64,000 bases of DNA, taken from contig CBDFJF010000002.1 of NCBI GenBank assembly GCA_965248265.1, positions 544,001 to 608,000 on the forward strand, read 5' to 3'. This DNA is from Candidatus Latescibacterota bacterium (GTDB lineage Bacteria > Latescibacterota > UBA2968 > UBA8231). The translations under genes were made by a program, and so were the position numbers. The first letter of the stretch is position 1. The number at the start of each line of letters is the position of its first letter. Positions 35,500 to 44,692 of this stretch are shown one piece after another. The notes under the pieces are model-generated. The model did no database searches and was not told the DNA's origin. It worked only from the letters and a program-made list of their open reading frames with translations.

Positions 35500-37998
35500 A
35501 TGAAACCGAGAAATATCCTGGCCGCCCTGGCCATTCTCCTTCTGGTGCAGCTGAGAGGCGCGGCTTCGAGACAGGCCACAGGCGCCATCGAGGGCGTCGT
35601 CCGCGAGGGGGACAGCGGACGCCCCTTGGCCACCGCCAACGTCGTCCTCGCCGACACGGAACACGGCGTGGTCACCGAAGATGACGGTCGTTTCCTGCTG
35701 ACGGCGATTTCACCCGGGCGCTACAACATCACCGCCAGTCACGTCGGTTATGAGTCCGCGTCTCGGGAGGTCACCGTCCGCGCAGGTGACACGAGCGCGG
35801 TTGCCCTGGCCTTGACTCCCAAACCGGTCCGCCTCGAAGGCATTCTGGTGGCTGCTGACCGCGCTCTGTCAGCCGCTTCGTCGCGCGCCGTGCGCGAGTT
35901 CGATCTGCGCACCCGTCCCAGACGCTCCTCGCAGCAGTTGTTGCAGACGGTCCCCGGTCTCGTCGTCGCGCAGCACGCCGGAGGGGGCAAGGCGGAACAG
36001 ATCTTTCTGCGGGGTTTCGACAACGACCACGGCACCGACGTCTCCGTCAGCGTCGACGGCATGCCCGTCAACATGGTCTCCCACGGTCATGGCCAGGGGT
36101 ATGCCGATCTCCACTTTCTGATCCCCGATATCGTCGAGGGGATCGACGTGCACAAGGGTCCCTACTTCGCCGAGTTCGGCAACCTGGCCAACGCGGGGCA
36201 TGTGGCCTTTCGCACGCGTCAACGGCTCGCCGGCAACGCCGTGAACGTGGAGGCCGGTCAATTCAACACAGCGCGCTACACGGTGTTGTACCAGTTGCCC
36301 GGTGAGGCGAATCTCGGGCATTCGGCGTACTTCGCCGGGGATTACTACCGCACCGACGGCCCTTTCGATCATCCGCAGGACCTGCATCGCCTCACCCTGT
36401 TCGCGAAGGTGCGCCGCACCATGTCACCGAGCACACGGCTCACCCTGGACGTCGGTGGGTTCGCCTCGACATGGAACGCCTCCGGACAGATACCCGAGCG
36501 CGTCGTCGACCGAGGACTGATCAGCCGTTGGGGCGCCATCGACGACGGCGAGGGCGGCCAGACGTCGCGACACAACGTCAACCTCTCGCTCGAGACCAGG
36601 GGACAGGACGGCGACCGCCTCACAGCCCAGGCCTACTGGAGCGCCTACGACTACAATCTCTACTCGAACTTCACCTTCTTCCGCTGGGATGTAGAATTCG
36701 GCAACATGATCGAGCAGTCGGATGCGCGCCGGGTCATCGGACTCAACAGCACGTACACCAATGACGGTTCGCTCGGACGTTTCGGGCTGTCATCTACATT
36801 AGCCGGTGGCTTCCGCAGCGACGACATCGACACGGATCTGTGGCAGGTGGTCGAGCGCCGTCGCTACTGGCCGCTGACTGATGCCGCCATCGCCGAGCGC
36901 AACTACTTCCTGTGGGGACGGCAGGATCTCATCCTCGCGCCGCGCTGGCGGTTGAGCCTGGGGTTGAGAGCCGATTACTTCACCTTCGAAGTCGACGATG
37001 GGTTAGAGCGCACGGGGCAATCGATCCAGCCCTTGATCGACATCATCGAGCTGCTCCGGGAGATACCCCAGGTGCAGCGGCCGAGTGCCAAGCCCCTCCA
37101 TGTACCGCTCGACCAACCTCATGCCTCCGGTATCGCGGATGACGTCATCTTCAGTCCCAAGGCCAATCTGACGTTCTCGCCCACTGCCGCGGTAGATCTC
37201 TTCCTCAATTTCGGACAGGGCTTTCACTCCAACGATGCGCGCACGGTAGTCACCGGCCAGGTCATCGCCGATCAGATGCGGGCTCTGGAAGAATGGGGCG
37301 CCAAATTCCAGGAGATCCGCGTGGCCTTTCAACAGCTCAATTTCGATACCGATCAGGCCGGTGTGACCAGCCTACCCCGCACGACCGGGGCGGAGATCGG
37401 TCTGCGCAGCCGTGTGGGCCGTGGTCTGAACTTCGGATCAGCGCTGTGGTGGATCGACGTGGATGAGGAGTACGTCTACTCCGCCGACGTGGGTGTGCCG
37501 GAGCAGCGGGGCCGGACACGCCGCACGGGCATCGACGTCGAGGCGCGGCTACGGTTGCTGTCCTGGCTGTGGGCCGATGGCGATCTCAATCTGTCCCGCG
37601 GCCGGTTGCGGGATGAGCCGGAAGACGCCGACCGTATTCCGCTGGCACCCACGCGCACGGCGACCGGCGGCCTGACGGTGAGACGGCCCGAGGGGTCCGA
37701 GGGTGGGCTCCGTTTCCGCCACGTCGGAGACCGGCCGGCCATGGCTGACGGTTCGCTGACCGCGCAGGGCCACACGCTCGTCGATTTGACTGCCGCCCGG
37801 CGCTGGGACGTATTCAGAGTCGAGGTGACGGCGGAGAACCTGTTCGACGCGGAGTGGAAGGAAGCCCAGTTCGCCACGGAGTCGTTACTGGCGGACGAGA
37901 TCGACGCCGCCATGGGGGGCGACATCCCGCCACCCGAGATCCACTTTACCCCGGGCAATCCCTTCAACGTGCGAATCGGGATCGGATACTTTTTCTAG
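35500..37998 (+). CDS. TonB-dependent receptor (His-rich plug type) with N-terminal carboxypeptidase-regulatory-like domain
   Basis: ATG 35500 with signal peptide; plug QHAGGGKAEQIFLRGFDNDHGTD...NMVSHGHGQGYAD; GQGFHSNDAR; ENLFD; HFTPGNP; ends in YFF. Confidence 0.9.
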   Translation: MKPRNILAALAILLLVQLRGAASRQATGAIEGVVREGDSGRPLATANVVLADTEHGVVTEDDGRFLLTAISPGRYNITASHVGYESASREVTVRAGDTSAVALALTPKPVRLEGILVAADRALSAASSRAVREFDLRTRPRRSSQQLLQTVPGLVVAQHAGGGKAEQIFLRGFDNDHGTDVSVSVDGMPVNMVSHGHGQGYADLHFLIPDIVEGIDVHKGPYFAEFGNLANAGHVAFRTRQRLAGNAVNVEAGQFNTARYTVLYQLPGEANLGHSAYFAGDYYRTDGPFDHPQDLHRLTLFAKVRRTMSPSTRLTLDVGGFASTWNASGQIPERVVDRGLISRWGAIDDGEGGQTSRHNVNLSLETRGQDGDRLTAQAYWSAYDYNLYSNFTFFRWDVEFGNMIEQSDARRVIGLNSTYTNDGSLGRFGLSSTLAGGFRSDDIDTDLWQVVERRRYWPLTDAAIAERNYFLWGRQDLILAPRWRLSLGLRADYFTFEVDDGLERTGQSIQPLIDIIELLREIPQVQRPSAKPLHVPLDQPHASGIADDVIFSPKANLTFSPTAAVDLFLNFGQGFHSNDARTVVTGQVIADQMRALEEWGAKFQEIRVAFQQLNFDTDQAGVTSLPRTTGAEIGLRSRVGRGLNFGSALWWIDVDEEYVYSADVGVPEQRGRTRRTGIDVEARLRLLSWLWADGDLNLSRGRLRDEPEDADRIPLAPTRTATGGLTVRRPEGSEGGLRFRHVGDRPAMADGSLTAQGHTLVDLTAARRWDVFRVEVTAENLFDAEWKEAQFATESLLADEIDAAMGGDIPPPEIHFTPGNPFNVRIGIGYFF

Positions 37999-38300
37999 GG
38001 GCCGGCCGGAGCTTGATGCACCTGGATGCCTACGTGGCAGTTTACAGAGGAACGGCGCGATTGCCCAAACTCAAAGTAGACATTGAGTTTGCTCTTGCTG
38101 ACATCCACACAGACATCGACCTGATCGAGTTGGACAGTCGAACTCATCTTGGTAGATTTCATCACGGGCTTCTCCTTTCAGATGCAGACGTGGTGCACAC
38201 GTCTTTGAGGGTCTTATGGACACCTCCGAATATCTGAAAGAGAAGCCCTCTTGTTTACGCCTAAGAGTATGTAACGGGCTCTTATCGTTCTTATCCGTTC
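37995..38300 (-). mobile_element. IS110-like 5' remnant: structured non-coding end plus first codons of the transposase
   Basis: AAAGGAG RBS, then GTG/ATG at 38165/38162: MKSTKMSSTVQLDQVDVCVDVSKSKLNVYFE, resembling the IS110 N-terminal GIDVSKxxLDV motif; frame ends at 37995. Confidence 0.55.
38166..38248 (-). ncRNA. Three-way-junction RNA structure in the IS110-like left end
   Basis: 17-bp stem (38166-38183 with 38232-38248, one bulge) enclosing hairpins AGACGTG/CACGTCT and GAGG-GTC/GAC-A-CCTC; the stem buries the transposase RBS. Confidence 0.45.
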
Positions 38301-38302
38301 CC
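38274..38302. repeat. Imperfect ~29-bp direct repeat, copy 1
   Basis: ACGGGCTCTTATCGTTCTTATCCGTTCCC, compared with ACGGGGCCCCTATCGTTTTATCCGCTACC at 40119-40147. Confidence 0.55.
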
Positions 38303-38329
38303 TAATCTACCCGGGAGAGCGGTCGTCCC

Positions 38330-40108
38330 ATGCGTATCTGGCGGTCCTTGGTCATCGTCCTGCTTTGCACAACGTCCGTCGCTGCCCAGGACCTGTCGAA
38401 TAACCCGGCCGGCGTGCCGTGGCTGAACACGAACGACGAATGGGGCCGGGCGTGGGGCGATGCGGCCAACCAGTTCTACAAGAATCTCGAAGCACATCGG
38501 AAAGTGCACGGGGGCGACCAGATGCAGTTCGCGGTCGGCACAGAGATCGCACTGCGAAAAGTGTTTCGGCCCAAGGTGTGGTTCAAGGGCGACTTCAGCG
38601 GGTCGGTGTCGATGACGGCGGCGCGCGGGGAGTATGAGGCGTTTCAACTGGTCATCTGTCCGATCACCGACGAGGAGCGCGGGCTGGGGAATCTGTCGGA
38701 CGGACGCGCGCAAGGAAACGGCAGCCTCAAGCCCAAGACAGTGGCGATCCGCGCAATCGAGGTGTCGCCGTTACACCACGCGGACGTGGACTATCAGATC
38801 GAGTCAACGGCGTCGACGCTGTACCGGGTCGGCTACATCCCGACGCAGCCTGGGCAGTACCCGGTGATGCACGTGGGCGATTGGCCGGACCCGTTGCTAC
38901 CGATGGGGCCGTTCGAGGTCAGCAATCCGTATTGTCAGCCAGTGTGGGTCGAGGTCCAGGTGCCGCGCGAGGCGCCGGCCGGCGAATACAGCGGCTACGT
39001 CACCGCGCGCGGGCCGCACGACGTGCGTATCGAGGTAGAGCTGACAGTCTGGGATTTCGCACTGCCGAACCCGCCCCGGACGGTCAGCAACGGCTGGGTG
39101 TTGCACGAGTGGTTCCGGCGTAACGGCACCGACAGACTCCTGGAACGGCTAGATGTCTTGCTGGACCACCGCCTCATCGCCTGGCACACCGCCGTGGACA
39201 CGCGCGGCGACCTCGAAGCGCACGATCGCGTGATGGAGCTGTTGCTGTCACGCGGTGTCCAGCTCCAGGCAATCGGCGGCAAGCCCGACTCGGCGTACAT
39301 CGAGCACCTGGACAGCAAGGGTTGGCTCGAGCATTTCGTGTCGCTCTGGGGCGACGAGCCGCACGAACGCGACTACCCGCGGTATCGCAAGCAGACCGAC
39401 GTCATCCGTAACGAGTTTCCCGGCCTTGCTGCGGCGATGACGGAGGAGCCGACGCCGACGAATGTGGGGCTGTTCGACGTGTGGATCGCGGAGCCGTCCG
39501 CCCAGCGCGACGCGTGGGTGCAGGACGCCCTTGAGCGCGGCGATCGCGTCTGGTGGTACCTCTGCCAGTTGCCCATCAACGCCGAGTACCCCGGCCCGAT
39601 CCACCGTGCCCCCGGCATGGTGGTGGATCGGCCCGCCATCGATCATCGCATCACCTACTGGCTGGCGTTCAAGCAACACATCGAAGGGGTGTCCTACTGG
39701 GCCGTCTCGCAGTGGCCTGAAGGTTGGGACAAATGGAACAAATGGAATGGGGGCGCCGAGCCGTGGCCGACCAACCCGCGCGTCCCGTTCCCCTACAGCG
39801 GCCAGCACAACGCCAATGGATTCCTCTGCTACCCCGGATCCGACGGCATGCCCTGGCCTTCGATTCGTCTAAAAACCATGCGCGACGGCCTGGAGGATCA
39901 CGACTACTTGAGCCTCCTGCGCGAGCGGGCTGGCGACACCCTCTGGTCCGTGATCGAAGACCAGGCCGTCCCCGACGAGTTGGCCGTGGGGCTGCGTTAT
40001 TACAACAAAGACCCGCACGTCTTGTTGAAGGTGCGCCGTCAGGTCGCGGAGCGAATCATCCAGCTGTCCAAGCAAACCCCGCCCGACACCATCTCTCAGC
40101 CGAACTAG
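38330..40108 (+). CDS. Secreted DUF4091 / GH123-like glycoside hydrolase
   Basis: Signal peptide; AARGEYEAFQLVI, WPDPLLP, QPVWVEVQVP, LTVWDFALP, WGDEP (DE pair), GFLCYPG...PSIRLKTMRDGLEDHDY. Confidence 0.85.
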   Translation: MRIWRSLVIVLLCTTSVAAQDLSNNPAGVPWLNTNDEWGRAWGDAANQFYKNLEAHRKVHGGDQMQFAVGTEIALRKVFRPKVWFKGDFSGSVSMTAARGEYEAFQLVICPITDEERGLGNLSDGRAQGNGSLKPKTVAIRAIEVSPLHHADVDYQIESTASTLYRVGYIPTQPGQYPVMHVGDWPDPLLPMGPFEVSNPYCQPVWVEVQVPREAPAGEYSGYVTARGPHDVRIEVELTVWDFALPNPPRTVSNGWVLHEWFRRNGTDRLLERLDVLLDHRLIAWHTAVDTRGDLEAHDRVMELLLSRGVQLQAIGGKPDSAYIEHLDSKGWLEHFVSLWGDEPHERDYPRYRKQTDVIRNEFPGLAAAMTEEPTPTNVGLFDVWIAEPSAQRDAWVQDALERGDRVWWYLCQLPINAEYPGPIHRAPGMVVDRPAIDHRITYWLAFKQHIEGVSYWAVSQWPEGWDKWNKWNGGAEPWPTNPRVPFPYSGQHNANGFLCYPGSDGMPWPSIRLKTMRDGLEDHDYLSLLRERAGDTLWSVIEDQAVPDELAVGLRYYNKDPHVLLKVRRQVAERIIQLSKQTPPDTISQPN

Positions 40109-40118
40109 ACTACCAATG

Positions 40119-40147
40119 ACGGGGCCCCTATCGTTTTATCCGCTACC
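40119..40147. repeat. Imperfect ~29-bp direct repeat, copy 2
   Basis: See 38274-38302; begins 10 nt after the stop of the intervening gene. Confidence 0.55.
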
Positions 40148-40314
40148 GTGGGAGGATGCGGCCAATGCATGTCGTCACCTGAGTCGCACAACTTCCTCCC
40201 GGGCGATCTCCTTCATGCGCGGAGTGCCTGCGCCGGTCACGGGGGCACCCTGGCCGTTCTCGAGAGGGTAAGGATGTCGATACAAAAGTATTCATCAGAT
40301 ATGAGGAACAGCTA

Positions 40315-42963
40315 ATGAAGTGGACATGGATAGCGTTGCTGATGGCGGGACAGGCGTGGGCGCAGGATTCGGCGCTTTCACCAACGGCACACCGGACGAT
40401 TCCGACGGAGCGTCCGAGTGAGAACATTGCGCTCGGGGCGAGCTACACAATGGAGCCGGGGCCGAATTACGGCCTGTGCACCGACCCCGGCGATTACGAG
40501 CAACTTACGGATGGCGTCTATACGGAGGGTTTTTTCTGGGCGCAGACGTCGACGGTGGGCTACCAGGAAAAGACACCCTCGATCGTCACCCTGGACCTGG
40601 GTGCAGTGAAACCGGTACGGGGAGTGTCCTACCACACCGCGGGGGGGTTTATGGACGGGTCATGGCCGCTGACGATCCGCATCCTGGTGGCGGGTGAAGA
40701 CGGGCAGTTCCACGAAGTCGGCGACCTGGTTCAATTGAGTGAGCAGCAACACGGACCGCTCGCGCCGATGCCGGCGACCGATGCCATGTGGGCAGTGGAC
40801 ACCGTGGGTTTCAATCAGGCCGAGATCCACCATCACTACAACCTCAACCGGGATCGCTTCCCGGAAAAGATGACCCCCGAACTGCGTGAGCAGGTCCTCA
40901 GCGATCTGTACGAAACTCGAGCCGAGCAGTATGGGACGTACCGCTACTGGACGGACCGGCTGCGGACACACGGGCGCTACATCAGCCTGATTGTGTGGAA
41001 CGAGCCGTACACCTTCGTGGACGAGATCGAGGTCTACGCTGGAGAGCCGGAGTGGGTGGATGAGCCGCTGCCGGGACCGGCCATCGCGGACGTCAAGGCG
41101 TATGCGGGCCGGCTCGCCATCGAGAAAGGGATTCGGACACGCCTGACGCAGGACATCGAGGCCTTGCGGCTGATGGCCCAAGACGGTATCCCGACGCAGA
41201 CGCGAAGCGCAGTGCTGGGCGAGCTGGCCACCGTGGAGGCGAATATGGGGCGGGCCACCAGGGTGTTCGGGGATGACTTCCAGGCTGTGCTGCCGCTGAA
41301 CTCGTGGCATGAACGGGTATTGCGCGCGCAGGCGTGGCTCTGGCGCGCCAGGGGATTGGAGCCGCTCACGTTCTGGCGTTCAAATCTATGGGACCCCCTG
41401 CCCCTTATTGGCACACCACCTGCGGAGGCAGAGCTGGCCGTCGACGTGCACCTGATGCGGAAGGAATACCGCGCGGCCGCTTTCAATGTGAGCAACAGTA
41501 GCGATGAGCCCATGCAGGTCGCGTTCCGCTTGAGCGGGCTTTCCGGGGGCGACAATCCGGAGTACGTGACCGTTCACGAGGTGATCTGGACGGACACCCG
41601 CAGCGGCATGCCGGTGGCGGCGGCATTACCAGAGATTACTGCTGACGACGGTCTGTATGCGGTCTCCGTACCGTCGGGCATGACCCGGCAGGTGTGGCTG
41701 ACCTTCAATCCGATCGACCTGGAGCCCGGTACCTACGAGGGTGAGGTTGTCGTGGAGTCGGCGCCCGGGGGCAAGCAGTTTCCGTTGCGCATGCACCTGT
41801 ATCCCCTGGACTTCCCGGAGAAGCAGACCCTTCACATGGGCGGGTGGGACTATACGGACCGGATCGGTCATTTTCCCTTCATCACAGAGCAGAACCGGTC
41901 GGCGCTCGTCGAGCATTTGCGTGAACACCGCGTCGACTCGCCGTGGGCCCTCAAGCTGGCGCTGCCGCGCGGCACTCACGATGCGACGGGAGCGATGACG
42001 GCGCCACCCTCCACCGACTACTTCGACGCGTGGATCGAACTGTGGCCGGATGCCGCCCAGTACATGGTGTTCGCGAAAGTGGGTGACAAGTTCAAGTCCT
42101 TGCCCATGGGCACGCCGGAATTCGATGTCGCGGTGAAAGCCTGGGTGACCTTCTGGGCGAAGTACATGAAGTCAAAGGGAATATCGCCGGAGCAGTTCGC
42201 GCTGTGCCTGGTGGATGAGCCTGACGAACCGTATCAGGACGCGCGCATTCTGGCATGGGCGAAGCCGATCCGCGCGGCGGACACAGGAATGCGCATCTGG
42301 GAGGATATAACCCACGAGGACATGCACGACGCGGATCAGGACATGATCGACGCCTGCCACGTGTTGAGCCCGAATTATCAGGCTTTCCTGTCCAAGGGTG
42401 AGGAGTATCGCAGCTACTATCTGAACAAGCGCGATCAGGGAATCGCCCTGGAGTACTACACGGCCTGGCCGAGTCGGATTTTCGATCCGTACGCCGGCCG
42501 GCTCATGGCGTGGACGTGCTGGCGCTACGGAGCGGAGGCCTTCTACATGTGGTCGCTGACGGACACGGGCCACGCGTCATCGTGGAACGAATACCTGACG
42601 ATCAAGAGTGCCTACTCCCCGATCTTCATCGATGAGGTCTCGGTGACGGCGGGCAAACACCTCGAGGCGGCGCGGGAAGGGGTCCAGGACTACGAGTACT
42701 TTGTGATGTTGGACCGGGCGATCCGGGAAACCTCGGCTCAGGGGGTTGTGGGTCCGGGTTTGGAGGAAGCCCGTCGGTTGCTGGAGAGCCTGCCGGCCAG
42801 GGTCTGCGATGCGGGGGGCCACCGGGGTGGCCACGGGGATGGATACGCCGACGACCGGCCGTTGAGCGGTTTTCACTGGTCGAACGACAGCGTGGACCGC
42901 ACACTGGCGGACGAGGCGCGGATTCAGGTGCTGGTGGCGTTGACGGAGCTGGCCGGGCGCTGA
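40315..42963 (+). CDS. Secreted discoidin-like + DUF4091 (GH123-like) protein, paralog B
   Basis: Colinear end to end with 26456-29092; LVDEP motif intact; KHLEAAREGVQDYEY. Confidence 0.85.
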   Translation: MKWTWIALLMAGQAWAQDSALSPTAHRTIPTERPSENIALGASYTMEPGPNYGLCTDPGDYEQLTDGVYTEGFFWAQTSTVGYQEKTPSIVTLDLGAVKPVRGVSYHTAGGFMDGSWPLTIRILVAGEDGQFHEVGDLVQLSEQQHGPLAPMPATDAMWAVDTVGFNQAEIHHHYNLNRDRFPEKMTPELREQVLSDLYETRAEQYGTYRYWTDRLRTHGRYISLIVWNEPYTFVDEIEVYAGEPEWVDEPLPGPAIADVKAYAGRLAIEKGIRTRLTQDIEALRLMAQDGIPTQTRSAVLGELATVEANMGRATRVFGDDFQAVLPLNSWHERVLRAQAWLWRARGLEPLTFWRSNLWDPLPLIGTPPAEAELAVDVHLMRKEYRAAAFNVSNSSDEPMQVAFRLSGLSGGDNPEYVTVHEVIWTDTRSGMPVAAALPEITADDGLYAVSVPSGMTRQVWLTFNPIDLEPGTYEGEVVVESAPGGKQFPLRMHLYPLDFPEKQTLHMGGWDYTDRIGHFPFITEQNRSALVEHLREHRVDSPWALKLALPRGTHDATGAMTAPPSTDYFDAWIELWPDAAQYMVFAKVGDKFKSLPMGTPEFDVAVKAWVTFWAKYMKSKGISPEQFALCLVDEPDEPYQDARILAWAKPIRAADTGMRIWEDITHEDMHDADQDMIDACHVLSPNYQAFLSKGEEYRSYYLNKRDQGIALEYYTAWPSRIFDPYAGRLMAWTCWRYGAEAFYMWSLTDTGHASSWNEYLTIKSAYSPIFIDEVSVTAGKHLEAAREGVQDYEYFVMLDRAIRETSAQGVVGPGLEEARRLLESLPARVCDAGGHRGGHGDGYADDRPLSGFHWSNDSVDRTLADEARIQVLVALTELAGR

Positions 42964-42965
42964 GC

Positions 42966-43110
42966 CTGGAACAGGACACAGGCGGCAATCTCGCGCGGGT
43001 CCGCAGGCCGTTTGAGCATCGTATGTTGCGCGAACTCTTCCTTGAAGACCTCGCGAATGGGGGCGTTGGGGGCCAGCAGGGATTGGTATCGACCCACGAG
43101 CGCATCGCCG
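42966..43110 (-). pseudogene. C-terminal fragment of an SDR oxidoreductase
   Basis: ...EEFAQHTMLKRPADPREIAACVLF, the conserved SDR C-terminal helix; no Rossmann N-terminus. Confidence 0.55.
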
Positions 43111-43122
43111 ATTGAGTTCGCC

Positions 43123-44613
43123 TCAGGCGACACTCGTGAAGCGGAAGGAATACAGCTTCGCCGAGCGCATCACCACGCGCAGTCGAACCGCCTGCTTCGC
43201 GAGTGCGATACTTGCCTGACCGCGCCAGGCAACCGGCGTCCGGATCGCATTGGCCGTGACCGTCTCGCACGTCTTCAGGGTGTAACCTTCGAGCGCGCGG
43301 CCTTCCTCGTCCTGCAGCTCGACCAGCAACCATCCGCCGGCGCCACAGTCCACGTTGAGCTCGAGCTCGTTTCCCTCGAACTCGAGTGGTGGGGTCACGA
43401 ATTCGCCTCCCGAAAGTCCGGCATCGGCGGAAACGAAGCCATCGCGTCTCAGAATGGCGCGGAACAGACCGGTGTTGGAGCCGTCCCGGTCGGAGGTGTT
43501 GTGCTTGCTCCCGGTTCCCGAGTAGTAGATCCAGGTCTCGGTCTCGGTGACGACGGGCCAGACATTGGCCTTCACCATGCCGCCTGCGGGACCTCCATCC
43601 AGACCCCGCCGGATGAAGGGCTCGCGCGCACCCTGGCGTTCCCAGATGATGCCGTCGCGGCTTGTCAGCAGCTGCACATCCATGGTCGCCGGGGCGTCGT
43701 TCTCTTCCCAATGGTAGTACCCCGCCGGCATCATGAAATAGGCGTCGTCCGCTCCGGGATGCTTGAAGACGGCGTTGGTGTAGAAGTCGATCTGCGGCCG
43801 CGCTACCGAGGTTGGCGGCAGTGGTGCTTCCAGGTCGATGGCATCGCCCTCGAGGACGATCAATGTCGGCTGCGACCAGTTCTTGAAATCGGGTGAAGTG
43901 ATGCGGCCGACAGAACGGTAGCGTTTTCCCAGCTCCATCTCGGCTGCTTCGTCGCGACGCTGGGTCTCGTGCACGCGAGTATAGCCGACGTACTGATCGA
44001 TCCTGTTGTCCCAGAAGAATACGTTTTGAGTATCACACATTTGATTATGTGGATTTGGTTGACCTGTATCATATCTCCAGCGTAGACCGTCCGGCGAATG
44101 CATCGCCCATAACCCCGGCTTGGCGCCGGCGGCGATCTCGTCGTCACGGGGCTGGTACTTCGTCCAGAGCCGGTACCGCGCCTTTGCCGGCGCGCGTTCG
44201 TCGATGTAGACGGTCGCGCCCTGCTGGCTCTGCTGCTCGTCCAATGGCGCGACGATGTTGTTGGCCCGCGATCCTCGGAAGGTCACCAGGCCGAGTTCGG
44301 GTTTGCGCCAGGCGATGCCGTCGTCCGATTCCGCGTAGCAGAGCCTTACCGCACCTTCCTGCGGTCCGCCGGAAAGCATCTGGGCGGTGTACCAGAGACG
44401 GAAGCGGCTGTCTCCTTCCCGAATCACCGTGTTGTAGCCGCCGATTCCCAGTGCTTCCCACGGCTTGTTGGGGCGCAGGACCGGCTCGGGCGGCTGCTGG
44501 GGAGGATTCATGCGCAGCTCGATACCCGATGAGCGGTCGAAAAACCGGTGATCGATGAAGAGCTGCTTATGGTTGCCGATGCGGATGGCACCGGAGCTGC
44601 TGATCGTGGTCAT
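43123..44613 (-). CDS. Uncharacterised beta-propeller glycoside-hydrolase-like protein, paralog 1
   Basis: KQLFID, CYAESDDGIAWRKPELG, CDTQNVFFWD, QLLTSRDG, LRRDGFVS, LNVD...VELQD...WRG...VRLR...AKLYSFRF. Confidence 0.75.
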   Translation of the reverse strand: MTTISSSGAIRIGNHKQLFIDHRFFDRSSGIELRMNPPQQPPEPVLRPNKPWEALGIGGYNTVIREGDSRFRLWYTAQMLSGGPQEGAVRLCYAESDDGIAWRKPELGLVTFRGSRANNIVAPLDEQQSQQGATVYIDERAPAKARYRLWTKYQPRDDEIAAGAKPGLWAMHSPDGLRWRYDTGQPNPHNQMCDTQNVFFWDNRIDQYVGYTRVHETQRRDEAAEMELGKRYRSVGRITSPDFKNWSQPTLIVLEGDAIDLEAPLPPTSVARPQIDFYTNAVFKHPGADDAYFMMPAGYYHWEENDAPATMDVQLLTSRDGIIWERQGAREPFIRRGLDGGPAGGMVKANVWPVVTETETWIYYSGTGSKHNTSDRDGSNTGLFRAILRRDGFVSADAGLSGGEFVTPPLEFEGNELELNVDCGAGGWLLVELQDEEGRALEGYTLKTCETVTANAIRTPVAWRGQASIALAKQAVRLRVVMRSAKLYSFRFTSVA

Positions 44614-44692
44614 GCGTTCCCCATGGGTTTGCCTATCGCAGAGAAGTAGCGTGGGTAGCCGGCATTAACCTCGCACGAGGTGTTGCGGGCGC

